A stretch of 64,000 nt of DNA from Candidatus Magasanikiibacteriota bacterium (GTDB taxonomy: Bacteria; Patescibacteriota; Patescibacteriia; Magasanikbacterales; GWA2-37-8): positions 564-64,563 of the forward strand of contig JAPLWQ010000001.1 of the NCBI GenBank assembly GCA_026396515.1, in the 5' to 3' direction. How positions within the stretch are numbered: the stretch's first letter is position 1; each line of letters begins with the position of its first letter. Below the pieces are notes generated by a model. It was not told the origin of the DNA. It saw only the letters and a program-made list of their open reading frames with translations, and did not search any database. Made by a program: the position numbers and the translations under genes. Shown one piece after another: positions 58,789-64,000 of the stretch.

Positions 58789-61700
58789 ATGAGTAATTTC
58801 GTTCACCTCCACGTTCATAGCCATTACTCCTTGCTCGATGGTCTGCCAAAGATTGACGAGCTGGTTAAGGCCGCAAAAAAACGCGGTTTTTCGGCTTTGG
58901 CTTTGACCGATCACGGCAATATGTATGGGGCGATTGAGTTTTATGAACAATGTTTGAAACAGGAAATCAAACCGATTATCGGTATGGAGGCGTATGTCGC
59001 GCCAGGGTCGCGCTCTGAAAAAAACGGACCGGATAATAAATATTATCATTTAGTACTTTTAGCGCTTGATTACAACGGGTACAAAAATTTAATGAAACTG
59101 TCATCGCTCGCGCATCTGGAAGGGTTTTACTATAAACCGCGCGTTGATAAAGAACTGTTGAGAGAATTGCACGAAGGCCTTGTTGCCACTTCCGCCTGTA
59201 TGGGCGGGGAAATAGCGCGTGCCATTGTGAAGGAAAATAATTACGAAAAAGCTAAGGCGGTTGCTTTGGAATATCAGGATATTTTCGGACCCGGCAATTT
59301 CTATTTGGAACTTATGGACTTGCCGGCCTTGGAAGGTCAGGCCGATTTAAACAATACTTTGCTTCAACTCTCCAAAGATACCGGTATTCCGGCCATAGTA
59401 TCGCGTGATGTCCACTATTTGAATACCGAAGATGCCGAAGCACAGGATATTTTAACCTGTATTCGCGACGGCACAACCATTGATCAGCCGAATCGGATGA
59501 CATCGGCAGGCATTGATTGTTCAATGGCAACCGGAGAGGAAATTGCGAAAAGATTTAAGCACGCGCCTGAAGTTCTGGAAAACACGGTTAAAATAGCCGA
59601 ACGCGTTGATTTAAAAATAGAGCTTAATAAATGGCATTTTCCGCCGATTGAATTGCCTCAAGGGAAAACAGCGGATGAATATTTACGCGAGCAAGTTTAT
59701 GAGCACTTGCCGAAATTGATTGAAATGACCGACGAAGTAAAAAAACGCGCCGATTATGAACTGGAGACTATTACAAAAAAGGGTTATTCACCATATTTTA
59801 TCGCGGTAGCCGACTATGTCGGTTACGCACGTGAGCACGGAATAATTGAAACCACCCGCGGCTCGGCCGCCGGATCCATTGTGTCTTACGCTATGGGAAT
59901 CGTGTCGGTGAATCCGTTATTTTTCAAGTTGCCTTTCGAGCGATTTTTAAATCCGTTCCGTCCCAGCCCGCCTGATATTGATGCGGATTTTGCCGATGAC
60001 CGGCGTGATGAGATGATCGCCTATGTGACGCAAAAATATGGGGCTGATAAGGTCGCGCAGATTATCACTTTTGGTACAATGATGGCCCGCGGTGCAGTGC
60101 GTGATGTCGGCCGGGCCTTGGGCTACGCATATTCTTTTTGCGATCAGGTGGCGAAACTTATGACTGCCGGCGCGCAAGGTTTTCAGGTGACCATTGCTAC
60201 GGCCATGGAAAAGGAAGAGGATCTCAAAAAAATGTATAATGAGAATCCGCAGGTGCACCGGTTGTTGGATTTGGCGCAAAAAATTGAGGGTTGTGCCAGG
60301 CACACCTCCATTCATGCTGCCGGCGTGGTTATTGCACCGAGCGCTTTAACTGATTTTACCCCGGTTCAGCGTGAGACAGGAGGGGACAGAATCGTGACGC
60401 AATATGAAATGCACGCTGTGGAAGCGGCCGGCGTTTTGAAAATGGATTTTTTAGGTATACGCAACTTGTCTATCTTGGGACATGCAGTGGAAATTATTGA
60501 AAAAACCACCGGGACTAAAATTGATATTACCAAATTGCCTTGGAACGATAAAAAAACGTATGACATGCTGGCCCACGGCGACACGGTCGGCGTTTTTCAA
60601 CTTTCCGGTTCCGGCATGACGCGTTATCTGAAAGAGCTGAAGCCGGCTTCAATTTTTGACATCATGGCCATGGTGGCGCTGTTTCGTCCGGGTCCGATGG
60701 AAGTTATTCCTGAATATATTAATCGTCGCCATCATCCGGAACTGATTGAATATCTTGATCCGAGGATGAAAGATTATTTGGATCAGTCATTAGGCCTGAT
60801 CGTTTATCAGGATGATGTTTTGCTCACCGCCATTAATTTGGCGGGCTATAATTGGGAAGAGGCGGATAAATTCCGCAAAGCCATGGGTAAAAAAATTCCG
60901 GAGGAAATGATGAAGCAGCAGGATAAATTTTTCAAGGGCTGCCGCGAGGTCGGTAAGCTGCCTGAGGCGAAAATAAATACCCTTTGGGAGCGCATTAAGC
61001 CATTTGCCGCCTATGGTTTTAACAAAGCGCATGCGGCGAGCTACGCGGTGGTGGCGTATCAAACAGCGTATCTCAAAGCGAATTATCCGATTCAATACAT
61101 GACGGCGATTCTTATCGCCGAGTCGGGCGATATTGATAAAGTGCCTCCGGTGATTCATGAGTGTGAAAAAATGGGACTTAAAGTATTGCCGCCGGAAGTA
61201 AATGAGAGTTTCAAAAATTTCGCCATGGTCGGCTGGGAAGAGGGAAAAGAGGCGCATATTCGTTTCGGTTTGAACGGTATAAAAAATTTGGGTGAGCACA
61301 TTGCCGAGACAATATATCGCGAGAGAAAAAATAACGGAACATATCAAGATCTGGAAGATTTTTTGCGGCGTGTGCAGGATAAAGATTTAAATAAGAAATC
61401 TTTGGAATCGCTCGTTAAGTGCGGCGCCATGGACTCGTTTGGTTATGATCGCGGGGTGCTTCTTGCCAACACGGATAATTTGCTTGCTTTCAGTAAAACA
61501 GTGCATGAAAATTCCGCGGCTAAACAAGACTCTCTTTTTTCCGGAACGCAAATTGATTTTACTCAAAAAGTGCGTATTAATCCGGCGCAGCCGGCCACTC
61601 AGGAAGAAAAGATTTTGTGGGAAAAAGAATTGCTGGGGCTTTATGTCACCGCACATCCGTTTGCGCCGCTTGAGAAAATATTGCGCCGGGTGATTACGCC

Positions 61701-62277
61701 TTTGAATGAACTTTCGCATAAAGGGCGCGGCGAATGGGTAGTGGTCGGCGGTGTGATAGACAGCGCCAAGAAAAAAATTACCCGCAAGGGAGACACTATG
61801 ATGTTTGTCACTATTCAGGATTTGAGCGGGTCTTTGGAATTATTGGTTTTTCCACGAACCTATGAAACAACAAAAGATGTATGGGTGGAGGGGCGGATGG
61901 CTTGCGTGGTGGGTAGAACTTCGGAAGAAGAGGGTGACGACAAGTTGTTTGTGGAAAAAGCGTTTGATTTAAATGAAAACAATGCGCCGATGATTGCCGT
62001 ACAGATGGATATGGGGGCGCATCATGAACATTCGCCAAAATATGAGGGTGAACCAAACCAATATCCGGAATCCGGCCTGCTTATAACGCTTTCATCCGCG
62101 GAAGTGAAAGAAAAAGCCGATGCTGTAAAAGCGGTTTTAGCGCGTCATCCCGGTGACAAGGTGGTGTATTTGTCTGTAGGCGGAAAGCGGGTAAAGACAT
62201 CATATAAGGTTTCAATGCCGCCGGAATTGCTTATTGAATTGGAGGCATTAGTAGGGAAGGGTAGGTTGAAATACTAA
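58789..62277 (+). CDS. dnaE: DNA polymerase III alpha subunit
   Basis: PHP FVHLHVHSHYSLLDG, RGSAAGS, PDIDAD, YGFNKAHA, OB fold; no intein seen. Confidence 0.99.
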   Translation: MSNFVHLHVHSHYSLLDGLPKIDELVKAAKKRGFSALALTDHGNMYGAIEFYEQCLKQEIKPIIGMEAYVAPGSRSEKNGPDNKYYHLVLLALDYNGYKNLMKLSSLAHLEGFYYKPRVDKELLRELHEGLVATSACMGGEIARAIVKENNYEKAKAVALEYQDIFGPGNFYLELMDLPALEGQADLNNTLLQLSKDTGIPAIVSRDVHYLNTEDAEAQDILTCIRDGTTIDQPNRMTSAGIDCSMATGEEIAKRFKHAPEVLENTVKIAERVDLKIELNKWHFPPIELPQGKTADEYLREQVYEHLPKLIEMTDEVKKRADYELETITKKGYSPYFIAVADYVGYAREHGIIETTRGSAAGSIVSYAMGIVSVNPLFFKLPFERFLNPFRPSPPDIDADFADDRRDEMIAYVTQKYGADKVAQIITFGTMMARGAVRDVGRALGYAYSFCDQVAKLMTAGAQGFQVTIATAMEKEEDLKKMYNENPQVHRLLDLAQKIEGCARHTSIHAAGVVIAPSALTDFTPVQRETGGDRIVTQYEMHAVEAAGVLKMDFLGIRNLSILGHAVEIIEKTTGTKIDITKLPWNDKKTYDMLAHGDTVGVFQLSGSGMTRYLKELKPASIFDIMAMVALFRPGPMEVIPEYINRRHHPELIEYLDPRMKDYLDQSLGLIVYQDDVLLTAINLAGYNWEEADKFRKAMGKKIPEEMMKQQDKFFKGCREVGKLPEAKINTLWERIKPFAAYGFNKAHAASYAVVAYQTAYLKANYPIQYMTAILIAESGDIDKVPPVIHECEKMGLKVLPPEVNESFKNFAMVGWEEGKEAHIRFGLNGIKNLGEHIAETIYRERKNNGTYQDLEDFLRRVQDKDLNKKSLESLVKCGAMDSFGYDRGVLLANTDNLLAFSKTVHENSAAKQDSLFSGTQIDFTQKVRINPAQPATQEEKILWEKELLGLYVTAHPFAPLEKILRRVITPLNELSHKGRGEWVVVGGVIDSAKKKITRKGDTMMFVTIQDLSGSLELLVFPRTYETTKDVWVEGRMACVVGRTSEEEGDDKLFVEKAFDLNENNAPMIAVQMDMGAHHEHSPKYEGEPNQYPESGLLITLSSAEVKEKADAVKAVLARHPGDKVVYLSVGGKRVKTSYKVSMPPELLIELEALVGKGRLKY

Positions 62278-62282
62278 ACGAT

Positions 62283-63095
62283 ATGCCTGAATTGCCCGAA
62301 GTTGAAACAATTAAGCGTCAGCTTAATCGTGAAATCACCGGTAAGAAAATCACCGGCGTTGAAGTGCTGGCGGTAAGAACTTTGCGCACGTCGAAAGCGC
62401 AATTTTTGGAGGGCGTGGTCGGCGCGAAAATAAAAAGCGTGGAACGCCGCGCTAAACTTTTGATTTTAAATTTAAACAATGGCAGCTCTATTTTGACGCA
62501 CCTGAAAATGACCGGCCAATATGTTTACGACGGCGAGGCGCACAAGCACACCCGGGTAATTTTTTCTTTCGGCCCGAAATTGAAAATTATGTTTAACGAT
62601 ATGCGCCGGTTCGGCTATTTGAAACTGGTAAAGACGGTGGACTTGCCAAAATTTTTGGCCAATGAATACGGGCCGGAGCCATTGGAAAAAAGTTTTACGG
62701 TGCAAAAACTCTCCGAGATTTTGAAGCGCCGGCCGAATATGAAAATCAAACAGTCACTGATGGAACAGAAGCTGATTGCCGGTATCGGAAATATCTACGC
62801 GCAGGAGGCGTGCTTTATGGCGCGGGTTTTGCCGACTAGATCGGCAAAAAGTCTGAAACCGGATGAGATACAAAAAATCTACGACAGCATTCGTAAAGTA
62901 ATGACCGAGGCGATTAAATACGGTGGGAGTTCGGCTGAAAATTATTTGAATCTTTATGGCAAAGAAGGCGGGTTTGTACCGCATCTAAAAGTTTACGGCC
63001 GTGGGAAAGAAAAATGCCGCCGTTGCGGCAGCATTTTGAAAACTATTAAACTCGGGGGTAGGGGAACTGTATATTGTGAAAAATGTCAGAAGTGA
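62283..63095 (+). CDS. mutM: Formamidopyrimidine-DNA glycosylase
   Basis: PELPEVET, HLKMTG, DMRRFG, AGIGNIY, C-terminal zinc finger. Confidence 0.97.
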   Translation: MPELPEVETIKRQLNREITGKKITGVEVLAVRTLRTSKAQFLEGVVGAKIKSVERRAKLLILNLNNGSSILTHLKMTGQYVYDGEAHKHTRVIFSFGPKLKIMFNDMRRFGYLKLVKTVDLPKFLANEYGPEPLEKSFTVQKLSEILKRRPNMKIKQSLMEQKLIAGIGNIYAQEACFMARVLPTRSAKSLKPDEIQKIYDSIRKVMTEAIKYGGSSAENYLNLYGKEGGFVPHLKVYGRGKEKCRRCGSILKTIKLGGRGTVYCEKCQK

Positions 63096-64000
63096 TTATC
63101 TTCCCAGTTCCCAATTCGGGTCAGCGGATAGTTTACGCCAGTCGGCGTATTCTTTTTTTTGCGCTTTTTGGTAACCGGCAATAGCGATCATGGCTGCATT
63201 GTCCATGCAGTAAGAAAGCGCCGGAGTAAGAAATTCTGATTTTGTTGAAATTTTTTTAACCGCCGTACCCAGGGTTTCGCGAAGTTTCCTGTTCGCGCTG
63301 ACACCGCCACAGAGAATTACGGTTTTTGGTTTGAATTTTTTTATGGCACGGGTCATTTTGCCAACAAGGGTATCTACGATGGCCTGTTCAAATGAAGCGC
63401 AGAAATCAGCCTTATTAACCTTTGGATTGTCCCGATAATAATACAAAGCGGAAGTTTTTAAACCGGCAAATGAAAAATCGTAATCATTGCTGTCCAGCAT
63501 CGGACGTGGAAATTTTATCGCCTTTGCACTTCCTTTGAGCGCCAGTTTGGAAATTTGTGGACCGCCCGGATAAAGCAGCCCCAAAAGTTTTGCTACTTTA
63601 TCAAAACATTCGCCGGCAGCATCATCGCGCGTGGCACCGATCATTTTGTATTTTCCCGGAGCCGATATTTTAATGATTTCGGTGTGTCCACCTGAAACAA
63701 TTAGTGCCAATGCCGGATATCCAATGCTTTTGACTTTTGACTTTTGACTTTTGACTTCGACCGAATGAATATGACCGGCCATGTGGTTTACGCTGATTGC
63801 CGGGATTTTCCACGCTGCTGATAGCGTCCGCGCGGCTTCAACACCGACGATAAGACCGGTAATTAACCCTGGACCGGAAGCAATAGCAATAGCGTCCGGT
63901 TTTTTGCCATTCAGGGCGTGTTCAATTAGCGGAACGATTTTTTCCGCATGCATGCGCCCGGCGATCTCCGGCACAACGCCGCCATATTTTTTGTGTATGG
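63096..64000 (-). CDS. tsaD: tRNA N6-threonylcarbamoyltransferase TsaD (5' end outside the window)
   Basis: YGGVVPEIA.RMH, GPGL, NHMAGH, VSGGHT, DDAAGECFDK, DNAAMIA. Confidence 0.97.
   Translation of the reverse strand, partial: IHKKYGGVVPEIAGRMHAEKIVPLIEHALNGKKPDAIAIASGPGLITGLIVGVEAARTLSAAWKIPAISVNHMAGHIHSVEVKSQKSKVKSIGYPALALIVSGGHTEIIKISAPGKYKMIGATRDDAAGECFDKVAKLLGLLYPGGPQISKLALKGSAKAIKFPRPMLDSNDYDFSFAGLKTSALYYYRDNPKVNKADFCASFEQAIVDTLVGKMTRAIKKFKPKTVILCGGVSANRKLRETLGTAVKKISTKSEFLTPALSYCMDNAAMIAIAGYQKAQKKEYADWRKLSADPNWELGR
63727..63757. repeat. Heptamer tandem repeat (CTTTTGA)x4 inside tsaD
   Basis: Reads VKSQKSKVKS in the protein. Confidence 0.9.

Noticed and set aside
1-64000. CRISPR array, prophage, integron, transposase, rRNA, inteins
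   Set aside because: No regularly spaced repeats, integrase or transposase motifs, rRNA-like sequence or intein-sized insertions (dnaE, recG, radA, topA) were seen by eye.

Overview
Core chromosome of a bacterium that is very probably Patescibacteria/CPR (inference: no rpmD between rpsE and rplO, AT-rich starts mostly lacking Shine-Dalgarno (SD) motifs, tRNAs without encoded CCA, a tRNA-Arg(GCG), and a CPR-type pilin). It carries tuf-rpsJ, the S10/spc ribosomal protein cluster through secY-adk-map, then ruvX, recO, asnS, parAB, a short RelA/SpoT, topA, dprA, pth, der, an LCP protein, recG, radA, a ClpC-type ATPase, PMM/PGM, htpX, lemA, rseP, pheST, dnaE, mutM, tsaD (truncated) and three tRNAs. 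The main points of interest are six. (1) Six dispersed GC-rich loci carry SD motifs and downstream hairpins, and five have their own TTGAC-17bp-TGnTAnnnT promoter; they include an NfeD-flotillin-carbonic-anhydrase-like operon and a protein that resembles a miniature sigma54. (2) Three tandem promoter/RNA/terminator units without convincing ORFs lie between the RelA/SpoT gene and topA. (3) A 67-bp leader is duplicated directly before the start codons of dprA and topA. (4) A tight operon runs clpC - membrane protein - beta-propeller - CXXC-less DsbA - pilin/lytic-transglycosylase fusion - radA. (5) A structured leader ending in a terminator splits rpsJ from rplC. (6) A long palindromic element sits where the alpha operon would normally follow map. 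All calls were made by eye; no database search was run.
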